A DNA stretch of 64,000 nt from Haliotis cracherodii (GCF_022045235.1 NW_027266269.1:10788001-10852000); one strand, 5' to 3'; shown: positions 26,394-38,911, numbered from the stretch's first letter. The notes: generated from the sequence alone by a model not told the origin. Program-made: numbers and translations.

Positions 26394-26622
26394 ACCCGTG
26401 GAGATCCGGGTTAGAATAGGTCTTCAGCAACCCATGCTTGTCGTGAAGATCCGGGGTAGAATAGGTCTTCAGCAACCCATGCTTGTCGTGAAGATCCGGG
26501 GTAAAATAGGTCTTCAGCAACCCATGCTTGTCGTAAAAAGGCGACTACGCTTGTCGTAAAAGGCGACTAACGGGATCGGGTGGTCAGGCTCGCTGACTTG
26601 GTTGATGCATGTCATCGGTCCC
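26394..26622 (+). mobile_element. Family D 5' part with a triplicated 45-bp head segment
   Basis: GTGAAGATCCGGGGTAGAATAGGTCTTCAGCAACCCATGCTTGTC x3 at 26398-26532. Confidence 0.85.
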
Positions 26623-27554
26623 AAAGATTGCGGCCTCGTGAATTCGTAATGGAATCAGTCTGTTCTAAATGTATTCTGACGCGCAAAATATGATTCCAAT
26701 TTTTTTTTAAATGGTACGAATCCTTTTTTTTTAAAATGTTTCCTGTCTGAAAACATTCGCCGAAACACTACAACGCCGTACTGACCTATAACAGATTTTT
26801 TACCACACCAGTGGTTCAAATCCAATTTCAAAGAAGTCCATTGTTTGTTTTGTTTGCTGTTGAATTAATGTGATATTATGAAACATTACATATTCTAATA
26901 CACTGGTTTTGATAACTATATTTGTCTTTGATTAAATTTTACTGATTTTTAAAATGAGTGGGAAGTTTCTTTTGTGCGTCAGTGTACTAGTAGCTGGAAA
27001 CTAGAATAATAGACGGGGGTGTCCGTATGCATCACGACGTGTCAACTTCCGAGACCTGCATCAGTTCGGGCTTTCAACCCACATTAAGCCGACACGCCGT
27101 GATATAACTGGAATACTGTTAAAAGTGGCGTTAAACCCAACTCACTCACTACACGACGTGCCGGTGTTTTTTGAATACAAGTCGTACACAATACTGGCGA
27201 AATCACCGCATTTTGCAATTATGAAAGCACAGTGCAATTTGATTGGGCAGGTCGTAGTCATAAACCACTTTGGTAAAAGCCACGAGCGCGGATATGGTGC
27301 TGACAAAAATTGGAACGTAATCGGGGTGAAAGAGGTTCGAACTTACGAATATAGGTTTCTGGGTTGTTGTACAAAGCGATCTTAGCGCTAAGGTGATCGT
27401 TACTCCTGTACCTTAACATAGAATTACGACAGGCGTAACGCTAAGGTTGTTTTGTGCAACGGCACTCTGGCGTGTCCAAGGGGCGTATCTCTGCACAGAG
27501 AATTGCGGAACCTTGGGGCACCCGAGACCACTATAAGATGCGTAGTATAACTAC

Positions 27555-27655
27555 CGAGACGAATGGTATATCTCTCCCTTCCGCTGACTGAAATTCTCCT
27601 TAGCCACCCCGCTGGTTCCATATGAATTTTGTAGTCCGGTCAATAAGTTCACGAT
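27555..27655 (-). pseudogene. Upstream M14A carboxypeptidase exon with frameshift
   Basis: Strong TTTTCCTTCTTTCAG acceptor; IVNLLTGLQNSYGTSGVAKEN / frame change / QSAEGRDIPFVS resembling CPA SYEGRPIYVLK; 101 bp, weak GTAGTT donor. Confidence 0.65.
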
Positions 27656-27687
27656 CTGAAAGAAGGAAAACGAATTAGACGGTCAAC

Positions 27688-27963
27688 GAGTGAGTGAGTT
27701 GGGGTTAACGCCGTTTTAACAGTATTCCAGTTATATCGCGGCGTGTCAGCTTAATGTGGGAGGAAAGCCCAAACTGATGCAGGTCTCAGACGTTTACCAC
27801 TTCGGTGAAACCCACGAGCACGGGTATGGTGCTGACAAACCTAGAAACATAATTGGGGCGAACCGGCATTCGAATCCACAATCATAGGTTTCTGGCGTGC
27901 CCAAGGGACGCAACTCTGCACAGCGAATCGCGGCACCAAAGACGACTGGGCCACCCTGCCCCC
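27688..27963 (-). mobile_element. Family B SINE
   Basis: Full-length match; GTCAACGA on both flanks. Confidence 0.9.
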
Positions 27964-28910
27964 AGGCTGTCAACGAAAGCAGAATATACTTTATAAAATA
28001 TATATATTCATTTTATTGAAACATGTTTGTGATCAAGATCCTAAGCCCGCTAACAGCCACGTAATCCTAAATTGGGACTGGCCGACCAATATAGTTGATT
28101 GTGAATAGACAAGATAACCGCCAGCCATGCATTGGCTGGTTGAAGTGGTGAGTCCCCGCACCCTACCACTGCGAATGTCATGGATAACGACACGACCGGC
28201 TGGGGAAGAGTAGAGACGGGGTTCGAACCCAGGAACTACTCCGACTGTGGTCTCTGGTTCCGTATAATTTTGCTCATATCATATTTTGATTTAAGAATTT
28301 ACTTTTTGCGTGTAGACGTAAAAAAACACTGCATACGGTGCTGGTGTTCTCAGACCGATAGGGGGCTCTGGAGTAGACCAGTGCTTAAAGCGTTCGCTCA
28401 TCAAGCCCAAGACCCGGGTTCTATTCCCCACATGGGTGCACTGTGTGAAGCCCATTTCTGATGTCCCCCGTCTTGGTATTCCTGGGCTATTGCTAAAAAT
28501 GGCGTAAACGACACTCACACACGACCTCTTGTCGGATAGAGATATCCTTGTGGTTAAAGCGTTCGCTCGTCACGCCGAAGACCCGGGTTCGATTCCCGTC
28601 ATGGGTACAATGAGTGAAGCCCATTTCTGGTGCCCCCGCCGTGATTTTGCTGGAATATTGCTAAAAGCGGCGTAAAGCTATACTCACTCATTCGCCCTAG
28701 TTATTCGGATTACAGACAATATTTGCAGTACCGCTTCTCAACCAAGGGGCAAAACAAAGTATCCCGAGTTTGTTTTTTACGTGACTAAAAAATGAATAAT
28801 GTCTTTAAATTTGATTGTGTCTATTTGACCATCAATCTTGCCTACAACAGTTCGTAAAAAAAGTAATCTGTGGCTGGGTAGTTTTGAGTAAAAATAAATT
28901 GGTTCAATGA

Positions 28911-29076
28911 GTGAGTGAGTGAGTTTGGTTTTACGCCGCTTTTAGCAATATTCCAGCAATATCACGGAGGGGGACACCAGAAATGGGCTTCACACATTGT
29001 ACCCATGTCGGGAATCAAACCCGGATCTTCGGCGTGACGAGCGAACGCTTTAACCACTAGGCTACCCGACCGCCCC
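28911..29076 (-). mobile_element. Family A SINE (two more degenerate + strand copies at 28361-28692)
   Basis: 11-bp TSD TGGTTCAATGA. Confidence 0.9.
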
Positions 29077-29254
29077 TGGTTCAATGAAGACTGAGGTAAG
29101 AGGTAACCACATGATATTATTTTATTTTATTCTTCTGCATTGTTTTATTAATTTAAAACTTTTTAAAAATACAAAATAAATTCGCATATAGCTGATGGAT
29201 GTTTCAGACAATTTATCAACAATCAGTCAATAAATTTGGCAACATGGTAGGGGT

Positions 29255-29835
29255 CATAGTGAAGTATACTACACTATAGTAAAGTACATAACAGCATAGT
29301 AAAGTATACTTCACCAGGGTAAAGTACATAACAGTATAGTAAAGTATACTTCACCATAGTAAAGTACATTACAGTATAGTAAAATATACTTCACCATAGT
29401 AAAGAACATTACGGTATAGTAAAGTATACTTCACCATAGTAATGTACATAACAGTATAGTAAAGTTTACTTCACCATAGTGAAGTACATTACAGTATAGT
29501 AAAGTATACTTCACCATAGTAAAGTACATTACAGTATAGTAAAGTTTACTTCACCATAGTAAAGTACATTACAGTATAGTAAAGTATACTTCACCATAGT
29601 AAAGTACATTACGGTATAGTAAAGTATACTTCACCATAGTAAAGTACATTACAGTATAGTAAAATACACTTCACCATAGTAAAGTACATTACAGTATAGT
29701 AAAGTATACTTCACCATAGTAAAGTACATTACGGTATAGTAAAGTACATTACAGTATAGTAAAGTATACTTCACCATAGTAAAGTACATTACAATATAGT
29801 AAAGTATACTTCACCATAGTAAAGTACATTACAGT
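29255..29835. repeat. 20-bp alternating-subunit minisatellite (AGTAAAGTATACTTCACCAT / AGTAAAGTACATTACAGTAT)
   Basis: Tandem array visible. Confidence 0.92.
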
Positions 29836-29898
29836 CAGATTTATAATGAGCACACAACTAATCAACCAACATGTACCCGTGGAGATTATCTCTTTTAC

Positions 29899-30434
29899 CT
29901 GTCATACCAAAAGACGTTAAAAGATGGTACTTGTTGTTACCCTGTCTGGCGCTCGGCATTAAGGGGCTAAAACAAGGACTGGTCGGCTCGGAGGCAGTAT
30001 AATGTGTCTGAGTGGGGTATTCATGTTAAACTGCGGCATGGTATCTCAGTGAGCTAGCACTATAAATCGGCATCAGTCCGGACTAGTACAAGCAGCCACA
30101 CAAACACACACACGTACATGCACGTGGCTATATAAGTGCAATAATCTTGGACGCGACGTTAAACCCAATTTCACCTCACCCACCTCACCTATTGAACACA
30201 TGTACAAACTGTAACAGAAGAAATAGTACAACTTTCAAGGTCCATGCTGTGATTGATCCGTGAATATCCGGGGTAGAACAGGTCTTCAGCTTGGAGGCAG
30301 TATAATGTGTCTGAGTGGGATATTCATGTTAAACTGCGGCATGGTATCTCAGTGAGCTAGCACTATAAATCGGCATCAGTCCGGACTAGTACAAGCAGCC
30401 ACACAAACACGCGACGTTAAACCCAATTTCACCT
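29899..30434 (+). mobile_element. Two 5'-truncated family C pieces, the second fused to a family D head (30257-30290)
   Basis: Sequence identity to families C and D. Confidence 0.8.
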
Positions 30435-31376
30435 AACTTTATCTCATTATCTCAATTTACAATTAACAGTCGATGAGTGCTGTTCTAGGTTTTCACATTT
30501 GCACGGCACATTGGACCCTCAATGCAGGTGATATTCTGGAAACTCAGAATTACATTTGAAGCGCATAGGGCAGACATACTGCGGTACTTGCTTGTTGTTC
30601 CCTTTTTAACCATTGTCATTTCAATTTTAAACGTGTTCTTGACTCATAATTTTTAATTGTAATTGCACTCCCGTTGACGTCGAAACCAACGTCCTTTGCT
30701 TCACATCGAAAGTGAAACGTCTGAGACGAACCAAATACGAACAGGAGTAATCCATCTATCAACAGTGGCTTAAGTTTCTGATTGTTTACCAATACAAAAC
30801 GACAACGTCTGTTGATTTTTTATCTCACGGAGTGACAAGTTTCATGTTTATGCTCGTTGACTCGCAACATGTAAACAAAGCAGCACACTGCAATCAATTA
30901 TGAATACAATGTGGATAAATACGTACATATATTTGCTTGCTTGCTTGCTTGTTGTTTAATGCCGCACTGTGGTCTGTAAATAATCGAGTCTGGACCAGAC
31001 AATCCAATGATTGACATCATGAGCATCGATCCACGCAATTGGGATCGATGACATGCATCAACCAAGTCAGAGAGCCTGACCACCCGATCCCGTTAGTCGC
31101 CTTTTACTCCACGCAATTGGGATCCATGCAATTGGGATACGATGACACGCATCAACCAAGTCAGCGACCCTGACCTCCCGATCCCGTTAGTGGCCTCTTG
31201 CGACAAGCATAATCGCCTTTAACGGCAAACATGGGTTGCTAAAGACCTATTCAACCCCCGATCTTCACGGGTGACATACATCTATATACAGTATACATGT
31301 TGTGTTTTACAAGGGGCCGACAATTTCATATATATTATGGTTTTAAACACAAACAACATGCTGGACATTGCATGTA

Positions 31377-32230
31377 CACTCTCCAAAAAAAAAGAAACGC
31401 ACAGGTAGATTCTTAGTAAATTTATTGTACCTAATATAGTCGATATATTTTATCTGTCGATGGATCTGTTGCAAAACAGGAACGATAACTGGTCTTTTGG
31501 GTGGGATTCCAGCCTCGCGAAGATGGTTCCTGACAGTCTGGTCCCCTCAGGGGGGTACGGGAGGCCCAGTCGTCTAAGGCGCCGCGATTCGCTGTGCAGA
31601 GTTGCGTGCCCTGGGCACGCCAGAAACCTATATTTGTGGGTTCGAATGCCGGTTCGCCCCAAATTATGTTTCTAGGTTTCTAGCGCCATACCCGTGCTCG
31701 TGGGTTTCACCGGTGGTAAACGTCTGAAACCTGCATCACTTCGGTCTTTCCTCCCACCTTAAGCTGACACGCCGGGATGAAACTGGAATACTGTTAAAAC
31801 CCAGCGTTAAACCCAACTCACTCACTCACTCCAGGGATGCGTCCTGCAGTCTCCGTAGCTGTGGCACTGCGATGACGTAGGTCGAACAGTCGAATATAGC
31901 GATCCTGTGCAGGGGTGGTAACTCTGGGTCGGCCGGTTCTCGGACGGTCTGCAGTGGAATTGAACTGTGGTTATCGGTCCCAAAGGCGGCAAATGGTGCT
32001 GTGGTGGACGATGAAGTGGCGTGCATCAGAAGACTGAGATTCCCCTATTTGGATACGTCCATACTACCTGAGGGGCGGGCGGGTAGCCTAGTGGTTAAAG
32101 CGTTCGCTGGTGTCTGGTGTCTGGTGTCCCCCGCCGTGACATTGCTGGAATATTGCTAAAAGCGGCGTAAAACCATACTCACTCACTCACTCACTCCATA
32201 CTACCTGTGCGTTTCTTTTTTTGAAGAGTG
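31377..32230 (-). mobile_element. Internally deleted Tc1/mariner transposon carrying two nested SINEs
   Basis: TA-flanked TIRs CACTCT(C/T)CAAAAAAAAGAAACGCACAGGTAG; transposase N-terminal remnant ARHFIVHHSTICRLWDR*...ADRPRTGRPRVTTPAQDRYIR...DQTVRNHLREAGI; no DDE domain; family B at 31541-31830, family A at 32071-32194. Confidence 0.9.
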
Positions 32231-32445
32231 TATTTTCGCTGCCCGCTGTCTCAAATAAACTACCAACCAACTCAGTCTCTCTCTACCACAATGAGTTAAA
32301 TCTGAGATTATGTTTTTAATAATTAATAACCGTGTAGTTATGGACAACTTTTAACGTCAAAAACTGTTTCTGATCATTGTCAGGACCACAAAATATGCGG
32401 ACCACAATATATGAGGTTTAACATTCGTCTTCACACACCAGCAAG

Positions 32446-34579
32446 ATGCGCCTGTTGCCAGAATCAGCTGTGATAACGTGTGCCTTGTGTAGTTTAGCTG
32501 TTTATGCTCAGAGATTCAGAGGTGCCATATTTCAAAAGGAAACGAAGACCGTTTTCTATGGCAGCAGTGGTTCTTGTGTACATAAGGCTCGGGACGTATT
32601 TTTGTGCAATTATTTGTGCATATCAAATGACGACTGCACTGGCGCTGTCTATCAGGACGTCACTGGTCAGTGTTTGTTGTTACTGAGGGAGCCAGAAGCT
32701 GCGACTCCAACAACAACATCATTTAAAGGGCAGTTCTGGAGATATAATGACTTAAACGTGAGCATACGTATTGATAACAAAATACTTACATATGATAAGC
32801 GTTTGGTTCCAAAAGATAATTCTTTATTTTTGTTTGTTTGTTGTTTAACCCAGCAATATTCCAACTGTATGACCCTGTCTGTGAATAATCGAGTGTGGAA
32901 CAGACAATCAAGTGATTGATATCATGAGCATCGATCTACGCAATTGGGATACGATGACATGCATCAACCAAGTCAGCGCGCCTGATCCCCGGATCTCGTT
33001 AGTCATCTCTTACGACAAGCATAGTCGCCCATTTTTTTATTGATCGTCTGCCCGGGGAGAGGAAGATCTTTGATTCGATCCTCTTAATGCGTTCTACCGA
33101 AAGTTTCAACAGTCGAATGAGACTTGAAAGATGACACTTGACCGTTGACGCTTTCATGACATATTGTCTGATCAGCCAATATACCATGAATGTTTATTTG
33201 ATTTTCAGAAGGACAGAAGTCGCACAAAACGCAGAAAGCTGTCGAAATGTGAGTTATATTTAAAGAATCCTAAATCACCGAAGGTAATAGATTTCGTTTG
33301 TTTGATATTGACGCCACACTCAGCAGTATTCCAGCTATATGACACCGGTCTCTAAATAATCAAGCCTGGAGCAGACAATCAGATGATTGACATCATTAGC
33401 ATCCATGCATATGCATCTACCTGTTGGTTGGTTTGTGTTTTAACGCCGCACTCAGCAATATTCCAGCTATATGACGGTGGTCTGTAACTAAATCGAGTCT
33501 GAAGCAGGCAATCCAGTGATTGATATCATGAGCATTATTCCACGCAATTGGGATACGATGACATGCATCAACCATGTCAGAGAGCCTGACCATCCGATCC
33601 CGTTAGTCGCCTCTTACGACAAACATAGTGTTTTTAACGACAAGCATTTGTTGCTGAAGACCTATTCTACCCCGGAACTTCACGGGTCGTCGCTATATAG
33701 GAATAATGATTTGGAGGCGATGTTAAAACCCATTTCACCTCAACTCACCCCATCCCACCCCATCCCACTACTCGTTAATGTATTCATTCATGATTAAACT
33801 TAGATCAACCACAATGGAAGGGCAAGTTGACGGGGAATGGGAGTCTACTTGTGGCGCCATCCAAGTTACGCTCTAAGAACCGTCTCCGCGAGTTGTCCAT
33901 CAAAGATGCTTCTATGTACAAGTACCCATCCTTCAGCTCAAGTTATATATCATCCTTGGTGTTCTACAACAGACGGAAGTGGATAATTGTGGGTCTATCG
34001 AGGCAGAGGAAAGTTGTCAGGACAACCCTTGGAAAGGACGACGGGGTAACGGAAGTGTGGAACAAAGGCGTATGGTCTATGGCGATAGATAATGAAAACC
34101 ACATACTCTTCATGCTCCTCGATGTTGGAACGTTGACACGCTTGCATCTGCACGGGAGTGAACACACTGTCTCCAAAAATGTGTGGGACATGCGTTCGGT
34201 AACAGTCGATCCAAAACGCAAGAAGGTCTACGCTGGAAGCAGAGAAGAGATCACTGAATGGTCGTATGATTATATGCAAAAGAAAGACATAGTGAAGGGC
34301 AATCAATTACATGCATATGATTTGGCATTTAATCCGTCAAATGATATGCTTTACTACATTGACGGCAAGGACATTAAGCAGACATCTGTGGTAGGTGGGG
34401 GCCACTCTGTTTTTACCTCACTCATATATACTCCTCAGAGTTTGGTCTACCACGCGGGAAACATATTTGCCAGCGTTGCCGGTAACGTCATTGCCGTCAT
34501 AGACGCTAAGAAAGAACTCGCATATGTTGACGTTGATTATCCAAATATGACGCGGCTTGTGTTTGCTGCTCTTTCCTGA
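32446..34579 (+). CDS. Secreted PAN/Apple-domain + LDLR-class-B-like beta-propeller protein, 375 aa; exons 32446-32757, 33209-33248, 33804-34579
   Basis: Signal peptide MRLLPESAVITCALCSLAVYA; PAN-like CNYLCISNDDCTGAVYQDVTGQCLL; GTGAGC/CAG and GTGAGT/TAG junctions join in frame (1128 nt); blade repeats SMAIDNENHILF, SVTVDPKRKKVY, DLAFNPSNDMLYYID, PQSLVYHAGNIF. Confidence 0.82.
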
Positions 34580-34901
34580 AAGGCGATCTGATATACTAGT
34601 TGTCAGGCTGGGATTATTGTTATAAATTGTCAGGAAAAAGAAACTATGCACTCATGTTGGATGGTGGCTAAAATGAAACTAACAAGTTGATGATGTATTT
34701 GATGCGGGCGGCATAGTCGTGGACCTTACGTTTGCGTTTGGAGAATGTTTTCAACCTTGTAATGTTTCGATAACGTATGTATTTGTGTGTGTGGTGTTGG
34801 GGGGCGGGGGGCGGGGGGCGGGGGTGGGGGGGGGGGGGGGGGGGGGTTGTGCCTCGGGTTTTACCCATGACATCCTGCAATATATCATATAGTGTGTGTT
34901 C

Positions 34902-35073
34902 GGGGCGGTGGGGTAGCCTAGTGGTTAAAGTGTTCGCTCCTCACGCCGAAGCCCCGGGTTCGATTCCCGACATGGGTACAATGTGTGAAGCCCATTTCTG
35001 GTGTCCCCCGCCGTGATATTGCTTGAGAATTGCTAACAGCGGCGTAAAACCATAGTCACTCTCTCACTCACTC
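34902..35073 (+). mobile_element. Family A SINE
   Basis: Full-length match. Confidence 0.9.
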
Positions 35074-35144
35074 ATATAGCGTTCACAGATATGACTTGGA
35101 TCATTGCACTACGTGCTATGATGCACAGGTCTGCCAGTTACATT

Positions 35145-35426
35145 GAGTGAGTGAGTGAGTTGGGTTTATCGCTGGTTTTAACAGTATTCCAGTTATATCG
35201 CGACGTGTCAGCTTGATGTAGGAGGAAAGCCCGAACTGATGCAGGTCTCAGACGTTTACCACTTCGGTGAAACCCACAAGCACGGGTATGGTGCTGACAA
35301 ACCTGGAACCATGATCGGGGCGAACCGGGATTCGAACCCACAATCATAGGTTTCTGGCGTACCCAAGGGACGCAACTCTGCACAGGGAATCGCGGCGCCT
35401 TAGACGGCTGGGCCACCCGTGCCCCC
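35145..35426 (-). mobile_element. Family B SINE
   Basis: Full-length match. Confidence 0.9.
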
Positions 35427-35689
35427 TCACACAAACATAATAAGTTGAATGTACATTTGGCATTGACAGCATTCAATAAAATAATCTGAAGCGCCTTTAA
35501 AATGTCCCCTCTCTTCTGTTAACTCGATGGCCTTACACTGAAGATGTTAAGAGACTTCCTGGGTCTCGTAGCAGTTTGAACCCTACGAAAGCAAATACTT
35601 CACCGCGATAGTCGAATAGTGACCCAGAACCCGGTTCCACAAAGCGATCGTAGATCTACGATTGTCTTGATTATGTTAAAATATGAATT

Positions 35690-36362
35690 TTGTTTGTTTG
35701 TTGTTTAACGCCGCACTCAGCAATATTTCAGCTTTATGACGGCGGTCAGTGAATAATTAAGTTTGGACCAGACAATCCAGTGATTGACATCATGAGCAGT
35801 GATCTACGCATTTCCGATACGGTGACATGCATCAACCAAGTCAGCGAGCCTGACCACCCGATCCCGTTAGTCGCTTTGGCCTCTTACGACAAGCGTAGTC
35901 GCCTTTTACGACAAGCATGGGTTTCTGAAGACCTGTTCTACCCCGGATATTCACGGATCAATCACAGCATGGACCTTGAAAGTTGTACTATTTCTTATAA
36001 TAGGTGAGGTGGGTGAGGTGAAATTGGGTTTAACGTCGCGTCCAAGATTATTGCACTTATGTAGCGACGTGCATGTACGTGTGTGTGTTTGTGTGGCTGC
36101 TTGTACTAGTCCGGACTGATGCCGATATATAGTGCTAGCTCACTGAGATACCATGCCGCAGTTTAACATGAATACCCCACTCAGACACAGTATACTGCCT
36201 CCGAGCCGACCAGTCCTTGTTTTAGCCCCTTAAGCCGAGCGCCAAACAGGGTAACAACAAGTACCATCTTTTAACGTCTTTTGATATGACGCGGTCGGGG
36301 ATCGAACCCCGGATCTTCCGCTCTCCGGGCGGACACTCTACCACTAGACCACGGAGGGGGTC
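35690..36362 (-). mobile_element. Family D (35690-35957) and family C (36003-36362) copies
   Basis: Matches to family consensus. Confidence 0.85.
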
Positions 36363-36825
36363 GTGTACAATAGGTCTGTATACGAGATAGCCAGTCAACT
36401 CACTGAAGAAATGTTGCCAATGAATATCAATCGGTTGTATCAATACAGAAGCAAGGATTGTCAACCAACCCAAATTCAAACGTGGAATAAAAATATTCAA
36501 GACAAGAGGACAAGGTATGTTTTTAATTCCCTACCTTTATCACCAAATTTATTTACATGCACACCATAACATGTTGAGCAAATATTTAGATAAATGAGTG
36601 AGTGAGTTTTTCGAAGCGTAAAGTTTTTCACCGTTCTACCAATGTGTGAACTCGAGTTTAAGCTTGACAGTGTGGAACTGCTTATAGACTTTTTTAGTCA
36701 GGTGGGCAAAACATGAGCATTTCGTTATTTATCAAAGCAATTACATATTGTCAAACATAAGCTCTGTAAGAAACAAAGGCAGATTCAAGACGAATCCTCT
36801 ATATAAAACACACCGGCGAATCAAG

Positions 36826-37165
36826 GTTAGGTGAGGTGAGGTGAGATGGGGTTTAACGCCGCGTCCAAGAATATTGCACTTATATAGCGACGTGCATGTA
36901 CGTGTGTGTGTGTGTGTGGCTGCTTGTACTAGTCCGGACTGATGCCGATTTATAGTGCTAGCTCACGGAGATACCATGCCGCAGTTTAACATGAATACCC
37001 CACGCAGACACAGTATACTGACTCCGAGCAGACCAGTCCTTGTTTTAGCCCCTAAATGCCGAGTACCATCTTTTAAAGTCTTTTGGTATGACGCGGTCGG
37101 GGATCGAACCCCGGATCTTCCGCTCTCCGGGCGGACGCTCTACCACTAGACCACGGAGGCAGTCT
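36826..37165 (-). mobile_element. Family C SINE
   Basis: 13-bp TSD CCGGCGAATCAAG. Confidence 0.9.
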
Positions 37166-38152
37166 CCGGCGAATCAAGATAACACTGGAGTGACATTATG
37201 CATGAAGTACCAGATGACCGTGATCTGTAATAAAATATGTAGGTAACGGCAATCTCATAACAATCATATCCTTAGTGAGTGAGCGAGTGAGTGAGTTAGC
37301 TTTAACGCCGCTTTTAACAGTATTCCAGTTATATCGCGGCGTGTCAGCTTAGTGTGGAAGGAAAGCCCGAAGTGATGCAGGTCTGAGACGTTTACCACTT
37401 CGGTGAAACCCACGAGCACGCGTATGATGCTGACAAGGGACGCAACTCTGCACAGCGAATCACCCGTGTCCCCAATTATAACTTTATCCGATTGGATACC
37501 TCTGTGCCGGCAGAAGTGAGGACATCTCCACATCTCCTAATCAGCCATTCAGCGTCGAGGCTTCCAAATTCTCGGACGAGGGAGATGTTGTTGTTTAAAG
37601 CCGCTCTCAGCAATATTCCAACTATATGACGGCGGACTGTAAATAATCGAGTCTGGACACGATAATCCCGTGATTGGTATCATGAGTATCGGTCCATGCA
37701 ATTGGGAAACGAAGACATGCATCAACCAAGTCAGCGAGCCTGACCACCCGATCCCGTTAGTCGCCTCTTACAAGCATATATAGTCGCCTTTTACGGCAAG
37801 TATGGGTTGCTGAAGATCTATTCTAACCCGGGATATTCACGGGCGGATATTCATTCGGACCTGCATGACTGCCTTCATTATCTCGAAAACGAAGTTAATC
37901 GGCCAGTTCCAAATGTAAACAATTAATGCCGCGCTATCATAGTGTTGTGAATATAGTTTTCACCATGGTGTATCTGAGCGATATGGCCTCTACATCCAAA
38001 AGGATGAACATTCGAGGGAATATCGGGGTCCCATGAGGGCATTCTTTTTTTAAAAAACGAAATTTCGAATTGAGATGGTGGGGTAATGAGGTAGTTTTAC
38101 AAAGCTGACATCTGATTGTTTCAAGAAACCACGCTTCCTCCATTTCGATTGG

Positions 38153-38383
38153 TTGGCTGCTGGCGATCTACAGCCCGTTTTTATATTGTATCGTCTGTTA
38201 TAATCTGATTATTTTATTATTCTAAAACTAGTTTTACAATTATAATCTGTGATATATTGCTAGTTGTTGTACTGCCCTTCGACGACAGGTCTTAATATAT
38301 TATATAAATACATAACTTGCTCAAGTCACGATATGGCTGAAATAATGCCGATGTGACTTTAAAAATTAACTCACTCACTCACT
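38153..38383 (+). mobile_element. 5'-truncated retroposon (LINE 3'UTR-like) with (ACTC)n tail
   Basis: 12-bp TSD CATTTCGATTGG at 38141-38152 and 38384-38395; ends GATATGGCTGAAATAATGCCGATGTGACTTTAAA..(ACTC)n. Confidence 0.7.
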
Positions 38384-38624
38384 CATTTCGATTGGGGGTG
38401 ACCCAGGGTACACATGACGTGACCTTCTAAGGACGTGTCGTCAGTTTTTCACATCCTATAAGAGTTAAAGATCTGAGTTTGAAGCCACTGTGACAATGCC
38501 ACAATCGCTTTTATTTCCCAAATCGTGGATGCATATGTTGTACTCATTCTGCACCCGCCTTACAGAACAGCAGAGTAGCGTCCCTTAGCAATATGTGAGG
38601 AACTGACCGTTGTCGAACTACACA

Positions 38625-38911
38625 GTGAGTGAGTGTGAGAGTGAGTTGGGCTTAAGGCCGCTTTTAACAGTATTCCAGTTATATAACGGCGTGTCAGCTT
38701 AATGTGGGAGGAAAGCCCAAAGTGAAGCAGGTCTCAGACGTTTACCACTTCGGTGAAACCCATGAGCACGGGTATGGTGCTGACAAACCTAGAAACATGA
38801 TCGGGGTGAACCGGGATTCGAACCCACAATCATAGGTTTCTGGCGTGCCCAAGGGACGCAACTCTGCACAGCGAATCGCAGCGCCTTAGACGACTGGGCC
38901 ACCCCTGCCCC
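38625..38911 (-). mobile_element. Family B SINE
   Basis: Full-length; GTCGAACTACA TSD. Confidence 0.9.
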
